Below, in pieces: positions 21,202 through 30,970 of a DNA stretch of 64,000 nt. The position numbers and the translations under genes are program-made. Within the stretch, counting starts at the first letter, position 1. Each line of letters opens with the position of its first letter. Origin of the DNA: Acidobacteriota bacterium (lineage in GTDB: Bacteria; Acidobacteriota; UBA6911; RPQK01; JADFOI01); the NCBI GenBank assembly GCA_963663035.1, contig OY760074.1:1792001-1856000 (forward strand). The letters run 5' to 3'. The notes under the pieces are model-generated. The model was not told where the DNA came from and ran no database searches. It saw only the letters and a program-made list of their open reading frames with translations.

Positions 21202-23070
21202 ATGAAGAAGCACCACTTTTGGATGGCAGCTGCAGCCCTAGCAGCGAGCATCAGTTTCGGCTCTGCCCAGCAGGCTGCGGATACCATTTTGCACAACGGG
21301 AAGGTTCTGACCGTGGACGCGAATTTCAGCATTGCAGAGGCGGTGGCGGTTCGCGGCGACCAGATTCTGGCGGTGGGAACCAACAATGAGATTCTGCGGC
21401 TGGCCGGCCCCGACACGGTCAGGATTGACTTGAAGGGGAGAACGCTGACGCCGGGACTCGTCCATACCCACGTGCATCAGGAGTCCCCAGGGGGTTATGG
21501 CAGCGACCTGACCGCCGCGCAGCGCAAGCGATATCCTATAAACTTCAGACTGGTGAAGACCAAGGACGACGTCCTCAAACAGATCGAGGACATTATTGCG
21601 GCCTTCCCTTTCCAGCCGGGCGAGTGGATCCAGTTCTCCACCAATCCAAGGGGAGATCAGGCTCGGATGCTCTATGACGAGCTGGACCGGTGGGAACTAG
21701 ACAAGGCCGCTCCAGACAATCCGATTGCCTTGTCCATGGGAATACCGATCCTGAACATGGCGCTGGTCAACAGTAAGGCCATTGAAGCACTGTGGGACAG
21801 GTATGGCGACTTTGTTGAAACCTACGGGCGTTACTGGCTCGATTCCTCGGGCAGGCCCGATGGCCACCTGGAGCCTCCCGCCGTCCGCACCCTTGTTCAA
21901 GAGTTTATGCCGGAGCCCGACGTCGAACTCATGGCCCCGCTCTACAAGCAGGCTCTCCAGGAACGGGCAGCATTGGGTGTCACCACCATGTCAGGGGGTC
22001 TCCATGAATTCTCTGTGGACGTCTATCAATGGCTGGACGCCCGCGGTGAAATGCCACTGAGATATGGCTACGGTGTAGCCTGGACGTTTGGGATGCCCGG
22101 CGTGGACATGAAGCAGTATGAAATGGGCGGCGGCACCGATACGGTCTGGATCACTTCGATGAGTCCCCGGGCGATTGACGGGGCGGGCTCCAGAATGTGC
22201 ATTTCGCTCGACAGAGACTCCGACGCAGTGACCGCTGCTGCGGGAGAAGTCAGTGGGATGATGGGACTCTCTGCCATCTCCGAGTGGTGGCCGCGAGGGC
22301 AATGCCACATGGATATCGAGTACAGTGGAGGTTCCCGGGGAGCGAGTCTGAAGGGCAACTATTACCCCGAGTGGTTCAACGAGGTTGCCCAGGACGGTCT
22401 GCGCTCCGCCAATAATCACGTGTCTGGGGATGAGTCCCACTCCCGCTATATTTCGACGCTGGAAAGTATCGACCGGGCCAATCCGGGAGCGGTCAAAGGC
22501 TGGGGCCTGGATCATTGTAATATGATCAATCCCCAGGACATTCCCCGCGCAGCAAAGCTCGGACTGATGTGGAGCTGCAACATGGTAGACGCCATCATGA
22601 CGTCCATAGCCGATGCCTTTGGCGAGCAAGTGCTGCACAACTATGCAGTACCGATCAAGTCGATGCTTGATGCCGGCATTAACGTCTCCCAGGAGGGTCA
22701 GTGGGAAGGCATAGAAACCCTGGTCACGCGAAAAGACGTCAACGGCAAGGTCTGGGGAGCCCATGAACGGGTGGATCGGGAGACCGCCCTGAGGATCTCC
22801 ACCCAGAACGGGGCCAATTATGTTCTGAAAGGGGACAAGCTTGGCTCCATCGAGCCGGGAAAGCTGGCCGACCTGGTGGTCATCGATCGCGATTACCTGT
22901 CGATGCCCGAGGACGATTTTTCTGAAATCCAATCCCTGCTGACCATGCTGGGGGGTAAATTCATTTTCGTGCACACCGATTTTGCCGACGAGCAAAACCT
23001 GAGGCCAGCCGGCGCGCTCATCAGCACCTTGGAGGGTTTGCAGAGCCGCCGACCGGCGAGGACCTTCTAG
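21202..23070 (+). CDS. Secreted YtcJ-like amidohydrolase (Amidohydro_3), array copy 1
   Basis: Signal peptide; NGKVLTVD, IDLKGRTLTPGLVHTHVH, GSIEPGKLADLVV. Confidence 0.9.
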   Translation: MKKHHFWMAAAALAASISFGSAQQAADTILHNGKVLTVDANFSIAEAVAVRGDQILAVGTNNEILRLAGPDTVRIDLKGRTLTPGLVHTHVHQESPGGYGSDLTAAQRKRYPINFRLVKTKDDVLKQIEDIIAAFPFQPGEWIQFSTNPRGDQARMLYDELDRWELDKAAPDNPIALSMGIPILNMALVNSKAIEALWDRYGDFVETYGRYWLDSSGRPDGHLEPPAVRTLVQEFMPEPDVELMAPLYKQALQERAALGVTTMSGGLHEFSVDVYQWLDARGEMPLRYGYGVAWTFGMPGVDMKQYEMGGGTDTVWITSMSPRAIDGAGSRMCISLDRDSDAVTAAAGEVSGMMGLSAISEWWPRGQCHMDIEYSGGSRGASLKGNYYPEWFNEVAQDGLRSANNHVSGDESHSRYISTLESIDRANPGAVKGWGLDHCNMINPQDIPRAAKLGLMWSCNMVDAIMTSIADAFGEQVLHNYAVPIKSMLDAGINVSQEGQWEGIETLVTRKDVNGKVWGAHERVDRETALRISTQNGANYVLKGDKLGSIEPGKLADLVVIDRDYLSMPEDDFSEIQSLLTMLGGKFIFVHTDFADEQNLRPAGALISTLEGLQSRRPARTF

Positions 23071-23104
23071 GGGTATGGGAATAACGAGGTTTGAAGGGAT
23101 CACC

Positions 23105-24973
23105 ATGAAGAAGCACCAGTTTTGGATGGCAACTGCAGCCCTGGCAGCGAGCATCAGTTTCGGCTCTGCGCAACAGGCTGCAGACACGATTTTGCACAAC
23201 GGGAAGGTTTTGACCGTGGACGCGAATTTCAGCATTGCCGAGGCGGTGGCGGTTCGCGGCACCGAGATTCTGGCGGTGGGAACCAACAATGAGATTCTGC
23301 GGCTGGCCGGTCCCGACACGGTCAGGATTGACTTGAAGGGGAGAACGTTGACGCCGGGGCTCATCAATACCCACGTGCATCAAGAATCTCCTGGGGGTTA
23401 TGGCACTGACCTGACCGCACCGCAGCGCGCCCAGTATCCTTTGAACTTCAGAACCGTCAAAACCAAAGACGACGTCCTCAAGCAGATCGAGGACATTATT
23501 GCGGCCTTCCAGATCCCGCCGGGCGAGTGGATTAATTTCTCCACCAATCCGAGGGGAGATCAGGCCAGGATTCTCTATGACGACCTGGACCGGTGGGAAC
23601 TGGACAAGGCCGCTCCAGACAATCCTATTGGTTTGTCCATGGGAATACCGATCCTGAACATGGCGCTGGTCAACAGCTTGGCCATTGAAGCGCTGTGGGA
23701 CAAGTATGGCGACTTCGTTGAGACCTACGGCCGCTACTGGGTGGATGCCTCCGGCCGTCCCGACGGTCACCTGGAGCCTCCCGCCGTGCGCACCCTTGTT
23801 CAAACGTTTATGCCGGAGCCCGACGTCGAACTCATGGCCCCGCTCTACAAGAAGGCTCTCGAGGAACGGGCAGCCTTGGGTGTGACCACCATGTCGGGAG
23901 GTCTTCATGAATTCTCCGTGGATGTCTATCAATGGCTGGACGCCCGCGGTGAAATGCCGCTGAGATATGGCTACGGTGTAGCCTGGACGTTTGGGATGCC
24001 AGGTATGGACATGAAGCAGTACGAAATGGGCGGCGGCAGCGACACGGTGTGGATCACTTCGATGAGTCCCCGGGCGATTGACGGGGCGGGTTCCAGAATG
24101 TGCATTTCGCTCGACAGGGACTCCGACGCTGTGACTGCTGCTGCGGGGGAAGTCAGTGGGATGATGGGACTCTCTGCCATCTCCGAGTGGTGGCCGCGCG
24201 GCCAATGCCATATGGACATCGAGTACGGTGGAGGAACCCGAGGGGCGAGTCTGAAGGGCAACTATTACCCCGAGTGGTTTGCCGAGGTTGCCCGGGACGG
24301 TCTGCGCTCCGCCAATAATCACGTGGATGGGGATGAGTCCCACGCCCGCTATATTTCGACGCTGGAACGTATCGACCAAGCCAATCCGGGATCGGTCAAA
24401 GGATGGGCCATGGACCATTGTAATATGATCAGGCCCGAGGACATTCCACGCGCTGCAAAGCTCGGACTGATGTGGAGTTGCAACATGGATAGAGCTGTCT
24501 CGACGCCCGTGGCCGCGGCCTTTGGCGATGAAATACTGCACACCTATGCTGCACCCATCAAGTCCATGCTGGAGGCCGGCGTTAACGTCTCCCAGGAGGG
24601 GCAGTGGGACGGAATCGAACACATGATCACGCGAAAGGACGAAGATGGCAAGGTCTGGGGAGCCCATGAACGGGTGGACCGGGAGACCGCCTTGAGAGTC
24701 TCCACCCAGAACGGGGCCAATTATGTTCTGAAAGGGGACCAACTTGGCTCCATCGAGCCGGGCAAACTGGCCGACCTGGTGGTCATCGACCGCGATTACC
24801 TGTCGATGCCCGAGGATGATTTTTCTGAAATCCAATCCCTGCTGACCATGTTGGGGGGCAAATTCATTTTCGTGCACACCGATTTTGCAGACGAGCAAAA
24901 CCTGAGGCCAGCCGGCGCGCTCATCAGCACATTGGAGGGTTTGCAGAGCCGCAGACCGGCGAGGAACTTTTAG
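23105..24973 (+). CDS. Secreted YtcJ-like amidohydrolase, array copy 2
   Basis: Paralog of copy 1; MKKHQFW start at 23105. Confidence 0.9.
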   Translation: MKKHQFWMATAALAASISFGSAQQAADTILHNGKVLTVDANFSIAEAVAVRGTEILAVGTNNEILRLAGPDTVRIDLKGRTLTPGLINTHVHQESPGGYGTDLTAPQRAQYPLNFRTVKTKDDVLKQIEDIIAAFQIPPGEWINFSTNPRGDQARILYDDLDRWELDKAAPDNPIGLSMGIPILNMALVNSLAIEALWDKYGDFVETYGRYWVDASGRPDGHLEPPAVRTLVQTFMPEPDVELMAPLYKKALEERAALGVTTMSGGLHEFSVDVYQWLDARGEMPLRYGYGVAWTFGMPGMDMKQYEMGGGSDTVWITSMSPRAIDGAGSRMCISLDRDSDAVTAAAGEVSGMMGLSAISEWWPRGQCHMDIEYGGGTRGASLKGNYYPEWFAEVARDGLRSANNHVDGDESHARYISTLERIDQANPGSVKGWAMDHCNMIRPEDIPRAAKLGLMWSCNMDRAVSTPVAAAFGDEILHTYAAPIKSMLEAGVNVSQEGQWDGIEHMITRKDEDGKVWGAHERVDRETALRVSTQNGANYVLKGDQLGSIEPGKLADLVVIDRDYLSMPEDDFSEIQSLLTMLGGKFIFVHTDFADEQNLRPAGALISTLEGLQSRRPARNF

Positions 24974-25033
24974 AGCTATGGGATTATGAGGTTTGAAAGT
25001 TAAGGGGCACTTCAACGACCGGGAGGGATCACC

Positions 25034-26902
25034 ATGAAGAAGCACCAGTTTTGGATGGCAGTTGCAGCCATTGCAGCGAGTATCAGTTTCGGCTCTGCCC
25101 AGCAGGCTGCGGACACGATTTTACACAACGGGAAGGTTCTGACCGTTGACGCGGATTTCAGCATTGCGGAAGCGGTGGCGGTTCGCGGCGACCAGATTCT
25201 GGCGGTGGGAACCAACAATGAGATTCTGCGTCTGGCCGGCCCCGATACGGTCAGCATCGACTTGAAGGGGAAAACGGTGACGCCGGGAATCATCCATACC
25301 CACGTGCATCAGGAATCCCCTGGGGGTTATGGCAGCAACCTGACCGCCGCGCAGCACAAGCGATATCCTTTGAACTTTAGAACCGTCAGAACCAAGGACG
25401 ACATCCTCAAGCAGATCGAAGACATCATTGCGGCCTTCGACTTCGAGCCGGGCGAGTGGATCTCTTTCACCACCAACCCGACGGGGGATCAGGCCAGGAT
25501 CCTCTATGACGACCTGAACCGGTGGGAACTGGACAAGGCCGCTCCGGACAATCCGATCACCGTGTCCCTGGGAGTACCGATCCTGAACATGCTGCTGGTC
25601 AACGGTAAGGCTATCGATGCGCTGTGGGACAGGTATGGCGACTTTGTTGAAACCTACGGGCGCTACTGGGTCGACGACCGCGGCCGTCCCGACGGTCATC
25701 TGGAGCCGCCGGCCGTCCGTGCTCTGGTTCAAACGTTTGTGCAGGAGCCCGAGGTCGAGCTCATGGCCCCGCTCTACAAAAAGACTCTCGAGGAGCGGTC
25801 AGCAATCGGTATCACGACCCTTTCTGGGGGTCTCCATGAATTCTCAGTGGATGTCTATAAATGGCTCGACGCCCGCGGTGAAATGCCGCTGAGATACGGC
25901 TACGGTGTAGCCTGGACGTTCGGAATGCCAGGCGTGGACATGACGGAGTACGAAATGGGAGGCGGCACCGACACGCTCTGGATCACTTCGATGAGTCCCC
26001 GAGGGATTGACGGGGCGGGCTCCAGAATGTGCATTTCGCTGGACAGAGACTCCGACGCAGTGACCACCGCCGGGGGAGGAGTCAGTGGAATGATGGGACT
26101 CTCTGCCATCTCCGAATGGTGGCCGCGCGGGCAGTGCCACATGGACATCGAGTACAAAGGAGGTGCTCGGGGGGCAAGCATCAGGCGCAACTACTTCCCG
26201 GAGTGGTACACCGAGGTAGCCCGGGGCGGTCAGCGCGCCGCCAATACTCACATGTCTGGGGATGAGTCCCACACCCGCTATATTTCGGCGCTGGAACGTC
26301 TCGACCGGGCCAATCCGGGAGCGGTCAAAGGCTGGGCCATGGACCATTGCAGTATGATCAAGCCCCTCGACATTCCACGCGCGGCAAGGCTCGGACTGAT
26401 GTGGAGCTGCAACATGGCCAGCGCTATCTCGACGCCCCTGGCCGCGGCCTTTGGCGATGAAGTGCTGCACACCTATGCTGCACCCATCAAGTCCATGCTG
26501 GATGCCGGCGTTAACGTCTCCCAGGAGGGGGCGTGGGACGGTATGGAAACCATGATCACGCGCAAGGACGATGAAGGCAAGGTCTGGGGACCCGATGAAC
26601 GGGTGGACCGGGAAACCGCCTTGAGAGTCTCCACCCAGAACGGGGCCAATTATGTCCTGAAAGGCGACAAGCTTGGCTCCATCGAGCCGGGAAAGCTGGC
26701 CGACCTGGTGGTCATCGACAGCGACTACCTGACGATGCCCGAGGAAGATATTTCTGAAGTCCAATCCCTGCTGACCCTGTTGGGGGGCAGATTCATCTTC
26801 GTGCGCTCCGATTTTGCCGACGAGCACAACCTGAGACCGGCCGGCGCGCTCATTAGCACCTTGGAAGATTTGCAGAGCCGCCGCCCGGCCAACAACTTTT
26901 AG
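25034..26902 (+). CDS. Secreted YtcJ-like amidohydrolase, array copy 3
   Basis: Paralog with the same motifs; GGAGG RBS. Confidence 0.9.
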   Translation: MKKHQFWMAVAAIAASISFGSAQQAADTILHNGKVLTVDADFSIAEAVAVRGDQILAVGTNNEILRLAGPDTVSIDLKGKTVTPGIIHTHVHQESPGGYGSNLTAAQHKRYPLNFRTVRTKDDILKQIEDIIAAFDFEPGEWISFTTNPTGDQARILYDDLNRWELDKAAPDNPITVSLGVPILNMLLVNGKAIDALWDRYGDFVETYGRYWVDDRGRPDGHLEPPAVRALVQTFVQEPEVELMAPLYKKTLEERSAIGITTLSGGLHEFSVDVYKWLDARGEMPLRYGYGVAWTFGMPGVDMTEYEMGGGTDTLWITSMSPRGIDGAGSRMCISLDRDSDAVTTAGGGVSGMMGLSAISEWWPRGQCHMDIEYKGGARGASIRRNYFPEWYTEVARGGQRAANTHMSGDESHTRYISALERLDRANPGAVKGWAMDHCSMIKPLDIPRAARLGLMWSCNMASAISTPLAAAFGDEVLHTYAAPIKSMLDAGVNVSQEGAWDGMETMITRKDDEGKVWGPDERVDRETALRVSTQNGANYVLKGDKLGSIEPGKLADLVVIDSDYLTMPEEDISEVQSLLTLLGGRFIFVRSDFADEHNLRPAGALISTLEDLQSRRPANNF

Positions 26903-27096
26903 CCCGCATTATGCATAAATTTTCTGCTACAGTGGCGCAATCATCCGCGCTGACGGCGTTGTCCTTCCTTGCGCTCCTCGGCGTACTGCACGAGTACGCC
27001 TGCGGGACGCGACCCGCAAGCGGGTACCCCTCACACGCCTTGTCATCGCGGCGCTTGCGCCACTTCGCTACGAAAACCTATGCATAGTGCGGGCTA
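26900..27096 (+). mobile_element. MITE-like hairpin element, copy B (long form)
   Basis: tagcccgcattatgcata...tatgcatagtgcgggcta; the left end coincides with the TAG stop of copy 3. Confidence 0.75.
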
Positions 27097-27125
27097 GGGC
27101 ACTTCAACAACAAGGAGCAATCACC

Positions 27126-29006
27126 ATGAAGAAGCACCAGTTTTGGATGGCAGCTGCAGCCCTAGCGGCGAGCATCAGTTTCGGCTCTGCCCAGCAGGCT
27201 GCGGACACGATTTTGCACAACGGTAAGGTTCTGACCGTGGACGCGAATTTCAGCATTGCAGAGGCGGTGGCGGTTCGCGGCGACCAGATTCTGGCGGTGG
27301 GAACCAACAATGAGATTCTGCGGCTGGCCGGCCCCGACACGGTCAGGATTGACTTGAAGGGGAGAACGCTGACGCCGGGACTCGTCCATACCCACGTGCA
27401 TCAGGAGTCCCCAGGGGGTTATGGCAGCGACCTGACCGCCGCGCAGCGCAAGCGATATCCTATAAACTTCAGACTGGTGAAGACCAAGGACGACGTCCTC
27501 AAACAGATCGAGGACATTATTGCGGCCTTCCCTTTCCAGCCGGGCGAGTGGATCCAGTTCTCCACCAATCCAAGGGGAGATCAGGCTCGGATGCTCTATG
27601 ACGAGCTGGACCGGTGGGAACTAGACAAGGCCGCTCCAGACAATCCGATTGCCTTGTCCATGGGAATACCGATCCTGAACATGGCGCTGGTCAACAGTAA
27701 GGCCATTGAAGCACTGTGGGACAGGTATGGCGACTTTGTTGAAACCTACGGGCGTTACTGGCTCGATTCCTCGGGCAGGCCCGATGGCCATCTGGAGCCT
27801 CCCGCCGTCCGTACCCTTATTCAAGAGTTTATGCCGAAGCCCGACGTCGAACTCATGGCCCCGCTCTACAAGAAGACTCTCCAGGAACGGGCAGCAGTGG
27901 GTGTGACCACCATGTCGGGGGGGCTCCATAAATTCTCTGTGGATGTCTATAAATGGCTCGATGCCCGCGGTGAAATGCCGCTGAGATATGGCTACGGTGT
28001 AGCCTGGACGTTTGGGATGCCAGGCATGGACATGAAGCAGTACGAAATGGGCGGAGGTAGCGACACGGTCTGGATCACTTCGATGAGTCCCCGGGCAATT
28101 GACGGGTCGGGCTCCAGAATGTGCGTTTCGATCGAGAGAGACTCCCAGGCAGTGACCGATGTTGCGGGAGAAGTCAGTGGAATGATGGGACTCTCTGCCA
28201 TCTCCGAGTGGTGGCCGCGCGGCCAATGCCACATGGATATTGAGTACAGTGGAGGGACCCGGGGGGCCAGCCTGAAGGGCAACTATTACCCCGAGTGGTT
28301 CGGCGAGGTTGCCGCACAAGGTCTGCGCTCAGCCAACAATCACACCTCCGGGGATGAGTCCCACTCCCGCTATATTTCGACGCTGGAAAGTATCGACCGG
28401 GAGAATCCGGGAGCAGTCAAAGGCTGGGCCATGGACCACTGTGATCTGATCAGGCCCGAGGACCTTCCACGCGCGGCAAAGCTCGGAATAATGTTCAGCT
28501 GCGACATCAGGTTCGGCGTCTCGGAGGGCTTCTCCGATGCCAAGGCCGCGGCCTTTGGCGAGGAGGTGGTACACAACTATGCGGTACCGATCAAGTCGAT
28601 GCTCGACCTGGGCATTAACGTCTCTCAGGAGGGACAGTGGGACGGTGTGGAACTCATGATCACGCGCAAGGACGGACAGGGCAAGGTCTGGGGACCCGAT
28701 CAACGAGTAGACCGCGAGACTGCCCTGAGGATCTCCACCCAGAACGGAGCCAATTATGTCCTGAAAGGCGACAAGCTTGGCTCCATCGAGCCGGGCAAGC
28801 TGGCCGACCTGGTGGTCATCGACAGCGATTACCTGTCGATGCCCGAGGACGATATCGCTGACATTCAATCCCTACTGACCCTGTTGGGGGGCAAATTCAT
28901 CTTCGTGCGCTCCGATTTTGCCGACGAGCAAAACCTGAGGCCAGCCGGCGCGCTCATCAGCACCTTGGAGGATTTGCAGAAGCGACGCCCGGCGAGAAAC
29001 TTTTAA
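27126..29006 (+). CDS. Secreted YtcJ-like amidohydrolase, array copy 4
   Basis: AAGGAG RBS, ATG 27126; 5' part identical to copy 1. Confidence 0.9.
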   Translation: MKKHQFWMAAAALAASISFGSAQQAADTILHNGKVLTVDANFSIAEAVAVRGDQILAVGTNNEILRLAGPDTVRIDLKGRTLTPGLVHTHVHQESPGGYGSDLTAAQRKRYPINFRLVKTKDDVLKQIEDIIAAFPFQPGEWIQFSTNPRGDQARMLYDELDRWELDKAAPDNPIALSMGIPILNMALVNSKAIEALWDRYGDFVETYGRYWLDSSGRPDGHLEPPAVRTLIQEFMPKPDVELMAPLYKKTLQERAAVGVTTMSGGLHKFSVDVYKWLDARGEMPLRYGYGVAWTFGMPGMDMKQYEMGGGSDTVWITSMSPRAIDGSGSRMCVSIERDSQAVTDVAGEVSGMMGLSAISEWWPRGQCHMDIEYSGGTRGASLKGNYYPEWFGEVAAQGLRSANNHTSGDESHSRYISTLESIDRENPGAVKGWAMDHCDLIRPEDLPRAAKLGIMFSCDIRFGVSEGFSDAKAAAFGEEVVHNYAVPIKSMLDLGINVSQEGQWDGVELMITRKDGQGKVWGPDQRVDRETALRISTQNGANYVLKGDKLGSIEPGKLADLVVIDSDYLSMPEDDIADIQSLLTLLGGKFIFVRSDFADEQNLRPAGALISTLEDLQKRRPARNF

Positions 29007-29068
29007 CGTTTGGAAGTCTATAACCACAGCCCTCTGACGGGCACCGAAGAAAACAGGGAGAGATTACC

Positions 29069-30937
29069 ATGAAGAAGCACCAGTTTTGGATGGCGGCTGC
29101 AGCCATAGCAGCGAGCATCAGTTTCGGCTCTGCCCAGCAGCCTGCCGACACGATTTTTCACAACGGCAAGGTTTTGACCGTGGACGCGAATTTCAGCGTT
29201 GCCGAAGCGGTGGCAGTTCGCGGCGACCAGATTCTGGCGGTGGGAACCAACACTGAGATTCTGCGGCTGGCCGGCCCCGACACGGTCAGGATTGACTTGA
29301 AGGGAAGAACGCTGACGCCGGGGCTCATCCATACCCACGTCCATCAGGAATCCCCCGGGGGTTACGGCAGCGACCTGACCGCCGCGCAGCACGCGCGATA
29401 TCCTTTGAACTTCAGAACTGTCACAACCAAAGACGACGTCCTCAAACAGATTGCGGACATTATTTCGGCCTTCCAGATCCCGCCGGGCGAGTGGATTAAC
29501 TTCTCCACCAACCCGAGAGGAGATCAGGCCAGGATGCTCTATGACGAGCTGGACCGGTGGGAGCTGGACAAGGTCTCTCCAGACAATCCTATTGGTTTGT
29601 CCATGGGAATACCGATCCTGAACATGGCGCTGGTCAACAGCTTGGCCATTGAAGCGCTGTGGGACAAGTATGGCGACTTCGTTGAGACCTACGGGCGCTA
29701 CTGGCTTGATTCCTCCGGCCGACCCGACGGTCATCTGGAGCCACCGGCCGTCCGCACCCTTGTTCAAGAGTTTATGCCGGAGCCCGATGTCGAACTCATG
29801 GCCCCACTCTATAAGTTGGCTCTCCAGGAACGGGCAGCCTTGGGTGTCACCACCATGTCGGGGGGTCTTCATAAATTCTCTGTGGATGTCTATCAATGGC
29901 TCGACGCCCGCGGTGAAATGCCGCTGAGATATGGCTACGGTGTAGCTTGGACGTTTGGGATGCCAGGCGCGGACATGACTCAGTACGAAATGGGCGGCGG
30001 CACCGACACCGTCTGGATCACTTCGATGAGTCCACGGGCGGTTGACGGATCGGGTTCCAGAATGTGCATTTCGCTTGACAGAAACTCCGACGCAGTGACC
30101 GCTGCTGCGGGAGAAGTCAGTGGGATGATGGGACTCTCTGCCATCTCCGAGTGGTGGCCGCGCGGCCAATGCCACATGGACATCGAGTACAGTGGAGGTT
30201 CCCGGGGAGCAAGTCTGAAGGGCAACTACTTCCCGGAGTGGTACAACGAGGTCGCCCGGGACGGTCTGCGCACCGCCAATACTCACATGTCTGGAGATGA
30301 GTCCCACACACGCTATCTTTCAGCGATGGAACGAATCGACCAGGCCAATCCGGGATCGGTCAAAGGCTGGGGCATGGACCATTGTGATTTGATCAGGCCC
30401 GATGACATCCCACGAGCGGCAAAACTCGGACTGATGTGGAGTTGCGACCTTGGAGACGCCGTCTCGACGCCTGTGGCCGCGGCCTTTGGCGATCAAGTGC
30501 TGCACACCTATGCCGTACCGATCAAGTCGATGCTGGATGCCGGCATTAACGTCTCCCAGGAGGGGGAGTGGAACGGTATTGAACTCATGATCACGCGCAA
30601 GGACAGAGACGGCAAGGTTTGGGGGCCCGATCAACGGTTGGACCGGGAGACCGCCCTGAGAGTCTCCACCCAGAACGGGGCCAATTATGTCCTGAAAGGC
30701 GACAAGCTCGGCTCCATCGAGCCCGGCAAACTGGCCGACCTGGTGGTCATCGACAGCGATTTCCTGTCGATGCCGGAAGAGGATATTTCTGAAATCGAAT
30801 CCCTGCTGACCCTGTTGGGAGGCAAATTCATTTTCGTGCACTCCGATTTTGCCGACGAACAGAACTTGAGGCCAGCCGGCGCGCTCATCAGCACGTTGGA
30901 GGGCTTGCAGAGCCGACGCCCGGCGAGAGGCTTCTAG
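29069..30937 (+). CDS. Secreted YtcJ-like amidohydrolase, array copy 5
   Basis: Paralog with the same motifs. Confidence 0.9.
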   Translation: MKKHQFWMAAAAIAASISFGSAQQPADTIFHNGKVLTVDANFSVAEAVAVRGDQILAVGTNTEILRLAGPDTVRIDLKGRTLTPGLIHTHVHQESPGGYGSDLTAAQHARYPLNFRTVTTKDDVLKQIADIISAFQIPPGEWINFSTNPRGDQARMLYDELDRWELDKVSPDNPIGLSMGIPILNMALVNSLAIEALWDKYGDFVETYGRYWLDSSGRPDGHLEPPAVRTLVQEFMPEPDVELMAPLYKLALQERAALGVTTMSGGLHKFSVDVYQWLDARGEMPLRYGYGVAWTFGMPGADMTQYEMGGGTDTVWITSMSPRAVDGSGSRMCISLDRNSDAVTAAAGEVSGMMGLSAISEWWPRGQCHMDIEYSGGSRGASLKGNYFPEWYNEVARDGLRTANTHMSGDESHTRYLSAMERIDQANPGSVKGWGMDHCDLIRPDDIPRAAKLGLMWSCDLGDAVSTPVAAAFGDQVLHTYAVPIKSMLDAGINVSQEGEWNGIELMITRKDRDGKVWGPDQRLDRETALRVSTQNGANYVLKGDKLGSIEPGKLADLVVIDSDFLSMPEEDISEIESLLTLLGGKFIFVHSDFADEQNLRPAGALISTLEGLQSRRPARGF

Positions 30938-30970
30938 GAAGGGGCATTTCAACAACAAGGAGCAATCACC

